Source of the DNA: Minisyncoccia bacterium
GTDB taxonomy: Bacteria; Patescibacteriota; Minisyncoccia; Phycocordibacterales; UBA9973
Reading direction: 5' to 3'
Length of the DNA stretch: 55,211 nucleotides
Assembly: GCA_039809265.1 (NCBI GenBank)
Contig: JBDHUR010000004.1
Coordinates: 1 to 55,211 of the forward strand
Within the stretch, counting starts at the first letter, position 1, and every line of letters starts with the position of its first letter. Below are positions 46,408 through 55,211 of the stretch, piece by piece. Both the position numbers and the translations under genes were made by a program. Below the pieces are notes generated by a model. The model saw nothing but the letters and a program-made list of their open reading frames with translations, did not search any database and was not told the DNA's origin.

Positions 46408-46974
46408 ATGAAAACAGCAGTCATTGCCCATGGATGGGGTGGAAGTCCTGATGAACCGATGCTCAAGTGGATTAGAAGCGCTATGGAAGCAAAAGGATTT
46501 TCTGTTATTGCGCCCCTCATGCCACACCCAGATACACCGACGATTGATGACTGGGTGGCGTGTCTGAGAAGTGTTGTTCCTACTCCAAATGAAAATACCT
46601 ATTTTGTTGGCCACTCGGTCGGATGTCAGACGATATTACGATATATGGAAACGCTTCCTACTAGCGTACAGGTTGGGCAGGTTATCCTTGTTGCGCCTTG
46701 GATTAAATTAACGGTAGAAAATTTGGATGCTGAAGAAGAGGAAAGTATTGCTCATTCATGGATGAATACGCCGATAGACTTTGAAAAAGTAAAACGTCAC
46801 TCACACAGTATTATTGGTATTTTTTCTACAAATGACCCATTCGTTCCACTCGAAGAAAATAAGCATATACTAGAAGAAAAAGTTAACGCAAGGACGATTG
46901 TCTTGGAAAATCGAGGGCATTTTACTAAAAGTGACGGTGTTTCATCGCTCCCAGAACTTTTAGAAGAATTTTAA
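46408..46974 (+). CDS. RBBP9/YdeN-family alpha/beta hydrolase
   Basis: HGWGG; GHSVG; STNDPFV; GHF. Confidence 0.9.
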   Translation: MKTAVIAHGWGGSPDEPMLKWIRSAMEAKGFSVIAPLMPHPDTPTIDDWVACLRSVVPTPNENTYFVGHSVGCQTILRYMETLPTSVQVGQVILVAPWIKLTVENLDAEEEESIAHSWMNTPIDFEKVKRHSHSIIGIFSTNDPFVPLEENKHILEEKVNARTIVLENRGHFTKSDGVSSLPELLEEF

Positions 46975-46977
46975 TAT

Positions 46978-47565
46978 ATGTCGCACCATATATACCACAC
47001 AGAAGGTTTTGTTGTCGGATCAGTGAACACCGGCGAGGCAAACAGATATCTTACGCTTTTTACTCGTGATCTAGGTGTCGTGTGGGCAGCGGTTCAAGGG
47101 GTAAGGCACCTGAAGAGCAAGCTCCGCTTCGGTCTGCAGGATTTGTCTTATGCAAGACTAGACCTTGTACGTGGTCGCGAAGTTTGGCGTGTCACGAGCG
47201 CAACACATTTGCCGGAATATTCTTGTGTGCGTCAAGAAGTTAGTAAGTCTCTTGTATATGCTCGCGTTCTTTCTTTAGTCAAAAGGCTGATGCAAGGCGA
47301 AGGGCCGAACGAGCTTTTGTTTGACGATGTTTGCGGACTATTCCATTTTATGGAAGAACATACTTTATCAAAGTTAGAGCTGGAAGCTTGCGAGATCGTC
47401 GGCGTTGTACGCATACTTTCTAGGCTTGGTTATGTCGGCTCTGACAATGAGCCACGGACATTTATAGAAGAAGAGCTTTCCTTGTCTTTGATCAGTAAGG
47501 CTAGCAGGGCAAAAGTTTCTCTTGTCTCTCTTATAAATACTTCTCTGCGAGAAAGCCAGCTTTAA
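46978..47565 (+). CDS. recO: DNA repair protein RecO
   Basis: TEGFVVGS...GEANRYLTLFTRDLG; GVRHLKSKL. Confidence 0.8.
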   Translation: MSHHIYHTEGFVVGSVNTGEANRYLTLFTRDLGVVWAAVQGVRHLKSKLRFGLQDLSYARLDLVRGREVWRVTSATHLPEYSCVRQEVSKSLVYARVLSLVKRLMQGEGPNELLFDDVCGLFHFMEEHTLSKLELEACEIVGVVRILSRLGYVGSDNEPRTFIEEELSLSLISKASRAKVSLVSLINTSLRESQL

Positions 47566-47626
47566 TTAACAATTTAGGGTGAATAACAGGAAATTGAAAT
47601 AAATAATTGTGATATACTTTTAATGT

Positions 47627-49543
47627 ATGGCAGAATCAACAGAAAAAAAGGACAGAATAGAAGCTTTAAACCGCACGCTTTACATGCGTGATGAATCCAA
47701 GATCAGGAAAACTCGTACGGGCACCATTCATCCGCAAAAATTTGAAGTTGCAGACAAATGGACTGTAGAGGATAAGATACCTGTTATAGATAGAGAGCCG
47801 CACATAGCACCATCTATGTTCAAGAAATTTTTCATAGCATCTATTATCTTTTTTGTATTAGCTTTAGGATTTGCCGCCTACAAGTTCTTTGGCGGTTCAA
47901 ATACTGTTTCTAATAACAACATCGAGATTTCAGTCCTGGGCAATGCTTTCACTCCGGGGGGAGAGGAGTTGCCGCTTCAGATAGCTATAAGAAACGGCAA
48001 TACTGTACCTATAGAATTTGCAGATTTGAAGATAGAGTACGCGCAAGGAGATGACAATGACACTAGCTCTATAAACAGGAGGACTATAGACATAGGCACT
48101 ATAGGTGCAGGAGACACTCATACAGAGGATGTACGCCTTACACTTTTCGGCGAGCAGGGTAGTACGAAAAATATAAAGTCCACTCTTGAATACCGCATTC
48201 GCGGGTCCAATGCTATTTTCGTAAAAGAGAAAGATTACTCTGTTTCCATAAGTTCTGCTCCGCTTAGTCTGACTGTTTCCGCACCTACTTCCACATCTGC
48301 AAATCAGACTATTATCCTGGATTTTAAGACCATTTTGGCGGCAACTGTGGCACCGGCTAATACCATGCTCAAAGTTACATATCCTCCTGGGTTTGAATTT
48401 ACAGATGCAGATCCGAAGCCCACTTTTTCAAACAATGTTTGGCTGCTTTCAGCCCTGAAGCAGGGTATAGAATCAAAAGTTTCTATCCAAGGCACACTTG
48501 CCGGACAAGATGGAGAAGACCGCTCTTTCCGCGCTTCTGTCGGCCAGCAAAATCCGCAAGATCAAGCAAATGTAGGCATAATATACAGCACACTTTTGCA
48601 TACTATAAAGATTGAACGCCCATTCATAGACGCACAGCTTGCTATAAATGGCCAAGACAAAGATGAAGTGGCTGTTTCTCCCGGACAAGTTCGCGGTGAG
48701 ATAACTTGGACGAACAACTTGCCGACTCGCGTGGACAATTTGGAAATATATGCGAAGTTCTCTGGTGCTTCGTTTAACAAAGAAAATGTAAGTCCAGGCA
48801 ATGGTTTCTATGACTCGCTAAACTCGCAGATCGTTTGGGACAGAAATACAGTATCGCAGTTTGCCTCTGTCCCACACGGAGGTTCTGGCAAAGTTTCTTT
48901 CTCTTTCACTCCTTTGCCTACATATAACGGCACAACTTCTATACCAAACCCGCAGGTAGTCATAGACGTTTCTGTGAAAGGCAGCCAGCCTGCAGCATCA
49001 AACATTTCTACATCTGTGGACAATTTTGTAAGAAAGGTTATAAAAATAAATACAGACTTGCAGCTTGCGGCAAAGGCTACATATTTCTCTGGACCATTTA
49101 CAAACACAGGCCCTATCCCTCCAAAGGCAGAGCAGGCGACAACTTATACCATAACTTGGTCACTGGTAAATTCTGCAAATCGCGCAAGCAATGTGGAAGT
49201 TAAAGCAAGTCTTCCTGTTGGTGTCACTTGGGTGAACTCTATTTCTCCTGCTACAAACTCTGGCGTCAGCTACGACAATGGCTCGCGTACTGTCACATGG
49301 AAGGCTGGTACAGTAAATTCTGGCACAGGACTGACTACGGGCTCAAAAGAGATTTCTTTCCAAGTTCGCCTAATTCCAAGCTTGACACAAGTGGGCTCTG
49401 TGCCGCTTCTAATTGACAAGACGACCCTGACAGGGCAAGATAGCTTTACTGGCTCGGCTTTGCAGTCTGTTAGGAACGGCTTGAATACCAGAATATCCGG
49501 CGATTCCAGCTTTACAAGCGGTATGGAAACTGTAGTGAGATAG
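47627..49543 (+). CDS. Membrane-anchored protein with repeated Ig-like/DUF11-like beta domains
   Basis: Single N-terminal TM; GPIPPKAEQATTYTITW pattern. Confidence 0.7.
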   Translation: MAESTEKKDRIEALNRTLYMRDESKIRKTRTGTIHPQKFEVADKWTVEDKIPVIDREPHIAPSMFKKFFIASIIFFVLALGFAAYKFFGGSNTVSNNNIEISVLGNAFTPGGEELPLQIAIRNGNTVPIEFADLKIEYAQGDDNDTSSINRRTIDIGTIGAGDTHTEDVRLTLFGEQGSTKNIKSTLEYRIRGSNAIFVKEKDYSVSISSAPLSLTVSAPTSTSANQTIILDFKTILAATVAPANTMLKVTYPPGFEFTDADPKPTFSNNVWLLSALKQGIESKVSIQGTLAGQDGEDRSFRASVGQQNPQDQANVGIIYSTLLHTIKIERPFIDAQLAINGQDKDEVAVSPGQVRGEITWTNNLPTRVDNLEIYAKFSGASFNKENVSPGNGFYDSLNSQIVWDRNTVSQFASVPHGGSGKVSFSFTPLPTYNGTTSIPNPQVVIDVSVKGSQPAASNISTSVDNFVRKVIKINTDLQLAAKATYFSGPFTNTGPIPPKAEQATTYTITWSLVNSANRASNVEVKASLPVGVTWVNSISPATNSGVSYDNGSRTVTWKAGTVNSGTGLTTGSKEISFQVRLIPSLTQVGSVPLLIDKTTLTGQDSFTGSALQSVRNGLNTRISGDSSFTSGMETVVR

Positions 49544-49571
49544 ACTAGAAAAATAATTTCTGAAAATCAAA

Positions 49572-50897
49572 ATGAAAGAAAATGATGAAAAACTTATGGA
49601 GAAAATTGTGTCGCTATCCAAGCGCCGCGGCTTTATTTTCCAAGGTTCGGAAATATACGGTGGGCTAGCGGGTGCTTGGGATTATGGGCATTATGGAGCG
49701 GAGATGCTTGATAATATAAAAACATCTTGGTGGAAAAGATTTGTTTCAGATAGAGAAGATATGTATGGGCTAAGGAGTGCTGTGCTTATGCGAAGCGAAG
49801 TATGGGAGGCTTCAGGCCATGTCGCTGGTTTCTCGGATCCAATGGTAGAATGCACAAAGTGCCATCATCGTTTTCGTACGGACCAACTTGAAGACAAAGC
49901 AAAATGTCCAGACTGCGCCGGTGCCTTGGGCGAGTCCAGACAATTCAACATGATGTTTTCTACAAAAGTCGGTGCTGTCGAGGATTCTGCTTCAACAGTT
50001 TACTTGCGTCCGGAGATTGCGCAAGGAATGTTCATAAATTTCAAAAATACAGTAGATGCATACCACCCCAAACTTCCTTTTGGCATAGCTCAGATCGGGA
50101 AGGCTTTCAGGAACGAAATTACTCCTCGTGATTTTACTTTTCGTTCACGTGAATTTGAACTAATGGAATTTGAATACTTTATCCGTGCTGGAGAGTGGTC
50201 TAGGCATTTTGAATACTGGAAAGCCGAAATGAATGCGTGGATTAAAGAGGTCGGCATAGATATTACAAAAATCCATGAGTTGGAAGTCTCTGAGAGTGAT
50301 AGAGCGCACTATTCTAAGCGTACAGTTGATTTTGAATTTGATTATCCTTTCGGCCGTAAAGAGCTTTTTGGTTTGGCATACAGGGGTAACTTTGATCTTT
50401 CAAACCATAAAGCTGAATATCAAGACGAAGAAACAGGAGAGAAAGTTGTACCTCATGTCATAGAGCCGTCTTTTGGTGCTGACAGAGCATTTTTGGCAGT
50501 ACTGCTTTCTGCTTATACTGAAGATGAACAGAATGGAGAAGTGCGTGCATTTCTAAAACTAAAGCCCTGTATTGCCCCAGTTATATGTGCAGTTTCTCCT
50601 CTCCTTAAAAACAAGCCGGAGCTTGTGCAGAAAGCGCGGGAGGTTTTTGGAATGTTGAAAAAAGAATTTGGCAATGTAGTGTATGACGACAATGGCAACA
50701 TCGGCAAGCGCTATAGGAGGCAAGACGAGATAGGTACTCCATGGTGTGTGGTTGTAGACTTTGACACTGTCGGTGCAGGAGAAAATGTAAATCCGGATTT
50801 CAAAGATATGGTAACCATCCGAGACAGAGACAGCGGTGCTCAGGAAAGGGTGGCTATTTCAAAGCTTTCGGATCATATACGCGAGAGGCTAGGCTAG
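49572..50897 (+). CDS. glyQS: Glycine--tRNA ligase (homodimeric alpha2 type)
   Basis: YLRPEIAQG; FRNEITPR; VIEPSFG; IGKRYRRQDEIGTP. Confidence 0.95.
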   Translation: MKENDEKLMEKIVSLSKRRGFIFQGSEIYGGLAGAWDYGHYGAEMLDNIKTSWWKRFVSDREDMYGLRSAVLMRSEVWEASGHVAGFSDPMVECTKCHHRFRTDQLEDKAKCPDCAGALGESRQFNMMFSTKVGAVEDSASTVYLRPEIAQGMFINFKNTVDAYHPKLPFGIAQIGKAFRNEITPRDFTFRSREFELMEFEYFIRAGEWSRHFEYWKAEMNAWIKEVGIDITKIHELEVSESDRAHYSKRTVDFEFDYPFGRKELFGLAYRGNFDLSNHKAEYQDEETGEKVVPHVIEPSFGADRAFLAVLLSAYTEDEQNGEVRAFLKLKPCIAPVICAVSPLLKNKPELVQKAREVFGMLKKEFGNVVYDDNGNIGKRYRRQDEIGTPWCVVVDFDTVGAGENVNPDFKDMVTIRDRDSGAQERVAISKLSDHIRERLG

Positions 50898-50926
50898 GCA
50901 CGCTATAGATGGTATCATGGGTGCAT

Positions 50927-52009
50927 ATGGCAGTACGCGATACTAACAATAAAGTAGTTTTTGAAGTTTCAAACGGCACTATTTTGCGGGTTATAATTTC
51001 CGGTATTTTGGTATTTGCTCTTTATTATCTGCGCAGCTTGGTGTTAGTCATCTTGACTTCTATAGTCATAGCTTCATTTGTCCAAGCCACGAGTCTCAAA
51101 CTTTCCAAGTATCGCATAAACCGTGTTTTGTCTGTAGTTTTGATGTACATACTTATATTTGCAATTATTGCAGCAGTGTTTTATATATTTGTGCCGATAC
51201 TGGTGGTAGAAACTTCAAACCTTATATCGTTGCTTACAAAGTACATACCTGCGTCAGACCTTTTGCAAAACATCCAAGCTTCAGGGCAGAGTATAAGCTC
51301 CGGAGATATTTCTCATGGTGTTTCTGTTGGCGGTGATTCTGTGACCACTCTTGTAGACAACGCCAAAGTCTTTGTTTCAAACCTTTCGCTGAGTTTCTTT
51401 GATATTCTTACCAAAACTTTCGGCGGTATCTTAAATGTAGTTTTGATTGGTGTTATTTCTTTTTATCTTTCCATAGAAGAGGGGGGGATAGAGAAATTCT
51501 TGAGGCTGGTTACACCTAGGCATAATGAACAATACATCATAAGCCTATGGCAGCGTACGCAGAGGAAGATCACGCTTTGGATACGAGGCCAGCTTATACT
51601 TGGGCTTATTGTTGGTGTTCTCATATACCTTGGCTTGCTTATACTAGGTGTACACTACGCTTTGGTCTTGGCCATAGCTGCAGCAATATTTGAGCTTATA
51701 CCGTTTGGCATAGTTTTGGCTGCTGTGCCCGCTATATCTTTTGCTTATATAGACGGAGGTCTTACCCTTGCGCTTTTAGTTACAGGGTTCTATGTCGTAG
51801 TTCAGCAATTTGAATCTTATTTGATACAGCCTTGGGTAGTAAGGAAGGTTGTTGGCATTTCTCCGCTGGTTGTGATACTCTCTGTGCTTATAGGGGCAAA
51901 GCTTGCGGGCTTTTGGGGCATTATTTTGGCTATACCTGTGGCGGTGGCCCTGCTTGAGTTCGCTGATGATGTGGAAAAACGAAAGAGCATGACAGATATA
52001 CAAGAATGA
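50927..52009 (+). CDS. AI-2E family transporter
   Basis: Multi-TM; ELIP.G; QQFESYLIQP; P.VVILSVLIG..L.G.WG. Confidence 0.9.
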   Translation: MAVRDTNNKVVFEVSNGTILRVIISGILVFALYYLRSLVLVILTSIVIASFVQATSLKLSKYRINRVLSVVLMYILIFAIIAAVFYIFVPILVVETSNLISLLTKYIPASDLLQNIQASGQSISSGDISHGVSVGGDSVTTLVDNAKVFVSNLSLSFFDILTKTFGGILNVVLIGVISFYLSIEEGGIEKFLRLVTPRHNEQYIISLWQRTQRKITLWIRGQLILGLIVGVLIYLGLLILGVHYALVLAIAAAIFELIPFGIVLAAVPAISFAYIDGGLTLALLVTGFYVVVQQFESYLIQPWVVRKVVGISPLVVILSVLIGAKLAGFWGIILAIPVAVALLEFADDVEKRKSMTDIQE

Positions 52010-52010
52010 T

Positions 52011-53456
52011 ATGGATAAAAAACCTTTTTACATAACCACTACATTGCCGTACGTCAACGCACCTTTGCATATAGGGCACGCGCTAGAGTTGGTGCGCGCG
52101 GATGCCATAGCCCGTTATAAAAAACTCTCTGGTTTTGAGGTTTTTTTCAACACCGGCACAGACGAGCATGGACAAAAGATATATGAGAATGCGAAAGCCA
52201 TCGGTATAACACCGCAAGAATTTGTGGACAGAGGATTTGCAACATTCAAAGAACAGATAAAGATGTTTGGTATTTCGGATGATGTACATTTTATCCGTAC
52301 TACAGACCAGTATCACATAAGGGCTGCGCAAGAATTTTGGCAGAAAGTTGCCGACAATGGTTATATTTACAAAAAGAATTACCAAGCAAAATATTGCGTG
52401 GGATGTGAGAGTGAAAAAACAAATTCAGAGCTGGATGAAAATGGAGAGTGTCCGCTGCATCCAGGGCGACAGCTTGAGCTGATAGACGAAGAAAATTACT
52501 TTTTCAAGTATTCAGAATTTGGCGAAAAGATTTTGGATTTGTATGAAAAAAATCCAGATTTTATAGTTCCTGACTTTCGCTTCAACGAGATGAAAGCTTT
52601 CGCGGAGCGCGGTTTACAGGACTTTTCTATTTCTAGACTTAAAGAAAAAATGCCGTGGGGCATACCAGTACCAGGGGATGACAAGCATGTCATGTATGTG
52701 TGGTTTGATGCTTTGGTAAACTACATATCTACTCTAGGCTGGCCGAATGATGAAGAGAACTTTACTCGTTTTTGGGTGAATGGTACTCCAACGCAGTATT
52801 GCGGCAAAGACAACACTCGTTTCCAGGGTGTCATGTGGCAAGCAATGCTTTTGGCGGCTGGCTTGCCAAACTCTCACCAGATAGTTGTCAACGGATTTGT
52901 GACTGCCGACGGCGGAGTGAAGATGTCCAAAACTTTGGGAAATGTGGTGGATCCGCGCGAGGTGGTGGCAGAGTACGGAACAGATGCCTTGCGTTTCTTT
53001 CTGCTTTCCGAAATCAGCAATTTTGAAGATTCGCCGTTTACAATGGAGAGATTTAAGGCGGTTTATAATGCCAAACTTGCAAATGGTATTGGGAATCTGA
53101 CGAGCCGAATATTGAAAATGGCGACTGCAAACCTAGACGTTTTCCCAGAAATAGATGAGCAAAAGTTGCCAAGTGATTGGCATAAAGCCATGAATAGCTT
53201 TGACATAAAGACTGCTTGTGAAATTATTTTTCGTTATGCTGGAGAACTTGATGCTCTTATCCAAGAAAAAGAACCTTTCAAACTTGCGAAGACGGACCCA
53301 GATACGGGCAAAAGTATTATTGCAGATTTGGTGGTAAAACTTTTTTATATAGCACGCATGTTGCAGCCTATACTTCCATCAACTAGTGCAACATTACAGA
53401 ATCTTGTATTGTCCCACTCTATGCCAAGCTCGCCGCTTTTCCCGCGCAAAGACTAA
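52011..53456 (+). CDS. metG: Methionine--tRNA ligase (short form)
   Basis: YVNAPLHIGH; GTDEHG; YVWFDAL; KMSKT. Confidence 0.95.
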   Translation: MDKKPFYITTTLPYVNAPLHIGHALELVRADAIARYKKLSGFEVFFNTGTDEHGQKIYENAKAIGITPQEFVDRGFATFKEQIKMFGISDDVHFIRTTDQYHIRAAQEFWQKVADNGYIYKKNYQAKYCVGCESEKTNSELDENGECPLHPGRQLELIDEENYFFKYSEFGEKILDLYEKNPDFIVPDFRFNEMKAFAERGLQDFSISRLKEKMPWGIPVPGDDKHVMYVWFDALVNYISTLGWPNDEENFTRFWVNGTPTQYCGKDNTRFQGVMWQAMLLAAGLPNSHQIVVNGFVTADGGVKMSKTLGNVVDPREVVAEYGTDALRFFLLSEISNFEDSPFTMERFKAVYNAKLANGIGNLTSRILKMATANLDVFPEIDEQKLPSDWHKAMNSFDIKTACEIIFRYAGELDALIQEKEPFKLAKTDPDTGKSIIADLVVKLFYIARMLQPILPSTSATLQNLVLSHSMPSSPLFPRKD

Positions 53457-53457
53457 T

Positions 53458-54240
53458 ATGCAAATATCTTTTTTTGACATTCATTCGCATTTGAACATTG
53501 CACCTTTATCCGAGCGGGTAGATGAGCTGGTAGATAGGTTGAAAGATGAATGTGTAGGTACTATAGTTGTCGGCGTAGATTTGGAGACTTCAAAAAAAGC
53601 TTGCGAACTTGCAGAAAAATACGACAACATCTGGGCTTGCATAGGCATGCATCCTGCTGATAACTTAAAAGAAGAATTTGATGCCGATCAGTATCGCACT
53701 CTTGCCGCTTTGCCCAAAGTTGTAGCCATTGGTGAGTGCGGGCTGGACTATTTCCGAGGTAAGAGTGCGGATATGATTGCAAGACAAAAAGAGGTGTTTG
53801 AAAAACAGATTGCTATTGCAAAAGAGTTTCGCAAACCGCTTATGATACACGCTAGACCAAGCAAAGATACTGCAGATGCCTATGAAGATGTGCTAGATAT
53901 TTTAGAAAAACATGAAAGTGTCCATGCGCACTTTCATTTCTTTGTGGGGAGTGTAGAAATTGCAAAGCGAGCTTTGGCACGAGGATTTACTTTCAGCTTT
54001 GATGGACCCATCACTTTTTCCAGCGACTATGACGAGGTGATAAAAATGCTCCCATTGGAGAACATAATGCTGGAAACAGACGCTCCATTTGCTGCTCCAG
54101 CGCCATACAGAGGCAAGACTTGCGAGCCTTGGATGGTAGTAGAAATGTATAAAAAAGTTGCTGAGCTGAAGAATTTGTCTTTGGAGGGAGTACAAAAACA
54201 GGTAGCTGAAAACGCAAAAAGGGTGTTTGACCTAGGGTAA
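53458..54240 (+). CDS. tatD: TatD-family deoxyribonuclease
   Basis: DIHSHL; GMHP; IGECGLDY; IHAR; LETDAPF; start moved to ATG 53458. Confidence 0.92.
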   Translation: MQISFFDIHSHLNIAPLSERVDELVDRLKDECVGTIVVGVDLETSKKACELAEKYDNIWACIGMHPADNLKEEFDADQYRTLAALPKVVAIGECGLDYFRGKSADMIARQKEVFEKQIAIAKEFRKPLMIHARPSKDTADAYEDVLDILEKHESVHAHFHFFVGSVEIAKRALARGFTFSFDGPITFSSDYDEVIKMLPLENIMLETDAPFAAPAPYRGKTCEPWMVVEMYKKVAELKNLSLEGVQKQVAENAKRVFDLG

Positions 54241-54261
54241 TTTTTCTGCTATTATGCCCTA

Positions 54262-54329
54262 GTCTCGTTTGAGGGTGCCTTATAGCACTTTCACTTGGTC
54301 CATAGCGAGATTGTCCGATTTTTCGGATA
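54262..54329 (+). ncRNA. Structured 5' leader of rpsF-ssb (candidate S6:S18 autoregulatory RNA)
   Basis: -10 TATTAT 54250-54255; helices 54262-69/54304-11, 54270-78/54285-93, 54312-18/54323-29; CCA in internal loop. Confidence 0.45.
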
Positions 54330-54353
54330 TTATTAGCAAAGAAATTTATAAAA

Positions 54354-54842
54354 ATGTCAGAAGAAATAAAGAATGAAGTTAGCGTCCTGGAAGATGCTAA
54401 AGTCTACGAGCTTGGATACATCTTGGTCCCGTCTTATTCTGAAGAAGAAGCTGTGGCTACCGCAGGCGCTCTTCGCGAAGAAGTGGAGAAAGCTGGAGGA
54501 GTGTACATCTCTTCCGATCTGCCTCGCCGCATGGAGCTTGCTTATGAAATGGCAAAGCCTATCGCTAACAAAAAACAGAAATTCGCCGAAGGATACTTTG
54601 GATGGATCAAGTTTGAGATAAAGCCAGAGGTTGCAGAAAAGATGAACAAAGCATTTATCCGAGACGACCGCCTTGTCAGACACTTGCTCATAAAGACTGT
54701 CCGAGAAAACACGGTTATCGGCAAGCGTCCTGCTGGGGCAGGCCTTCGCAAGAAATATGTGAAGAAGTCCGACGAACCAGCTGTAGAGATAGACAAAGAG
54801 GAGGTAGACAAAAAGCTGGACGAACTGCTGCAAGCGGAGTAA
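54354..54842 (+). CDS. rpsF: 30S ribosomal protein S6
   Basis: VYELGYIL; RRMELAYEM; EGYFGWIKF; LVRHLLIK; upstream of ssb. Confidence 0.9.
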   Translation: MSEEIKNEVSVLEDAKVYELGYILVPSYSEEEAVATAGALREEVEKAGGVYISSDLPRRMELAYEMAKPIANKKQKFAEGYFGWIKFEIKPEVAEKMNKAFIRDDRLVRHLLIKTVRENTVIGKRPAGAGLRKKYVKKSDEPAVEIDKEEVDKKLDELLQAE

Positions 54843-54888
54843 ACTGTAACTGTGTGTCGCTTATAAACAATTAAGTATAGAAAAGTAT

Positions 54889-55211
54889 ATGTATCTAAAC
54901 AAAGTGCAACTTATAGGCAATCTTACCCGAGATCCAGAACTGAAGTCCCTTCCTTCTGGCATCAAAGTTACCAGTTTTGCTATCGCAACCAACCGCACAT
55001 GGAAGGACGCAGATGGCTCCCGCAAAGAAGCTAGCGAGTTCCACAACATTGTGGCATTTGCAAAGCCAGCGGAACTCATTGCCCAGTATTGCAAGAAAGG
55101 CAACTCTATATATGTAGAGGGACGCTTGCAAACCAGAAGCTGGGACGACCAAGCTACTGGCCAAAAGAAGTATAGAACAGAGATCATCGTGGAGAATTTC
55201 CAGTTTGGTCC
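54889..55211 (+). CDS. ssb: Single-stranded DNA-binding protein (runs off window end; absent from ORF track)
   Basis: MYLNKVQLIGNLTRDPE...EFHNIVAF...VEGRLQTRSWDD...KYRTEII. Confidence 0.95.
   Translation, partial: MYLNKVQLIGNLTRDPELKSLPSGIKVTSFAIATNRTWKDADGSRKEASEFHNIVAFAKPAELIAQYCKKGNSIYVEGRLQTRSWDDQATGQKKYRTEIIVENFQFG

Noticed and set aside
1-55211. CRISPR array, rRNA, integrase, transposase or reverse transcriptase
   Set aside because: No regularly spaced repeats, no rRNA-like stretch, and no ORF with YxDD RT, tyrosine/serine recombinase or DDE motifs was recognised.
1-55211. DGR template repeat within the window
   Set aside because: No AAC-rich copy of 23595-23717 seen on either strand by eye; the GTTCACGTT near 43545 is ileS coding sequence.
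1-55211. TGA recoding (genetic code 25)
   Set aside because: Conserved genes such as lepA (19709) and the FKBP (31909) end at TGA, and no core gene needs TGA read-through.

Overview
A 55-kb, mostly housekeeping window from a small-genome bacterium using genetic code 11 (TGA is a stop). The gene set and organisation point to Patescibacteria/CPR, probably Parcubacteria; this is an inference from a CPR-type VirD4/TraD-like ATPase, many secreted orphan proteins, rplK with no rplA after it, and almost no Shine-Dalgarno sites. Core genes: ychF, tsaC, leuS, murJ, lepA, trmD, secE-nusG-rplK, a dTTP cluster (dCMP deaminase, MazG-like, thyX, glyA, tmk, dut), argS, ileS, recO, glyQS, metG, tatD, rpsF, ssb (partial), and tRNA-His(GTG). 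Two accessory regions stand out. (1) 1-2730 is a foreign prophage/ICE-like immunity cassette (XRE, Ltp-like, SHOCT, Zn-ribbon protein) bracketed by related hairpin-dense non-coding elements. (2) 22690-24320 is a diversity-generating retroelement (DGR) remnant next to tRNA-His: an intact, promoter-bearing target gene with an adenine-depleted variable region and downstream hairpin, facing a broken avd, with no template repeat or reverse transcriptase in the window. Other signals: a Nudix domain inserted in LeuRS, a histidine-phosphatase domain inserted in IleRS, about 15 genes whose start codon lies 6-8 nt after a -10 box (candidate leaderless mRNAs), a structured rpsF leader, a 33-bp inverted repeat where rplA would be, and a tiny stand-alone transcription unit. 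All family assignments are from motif recognition by eye; no database search was run.
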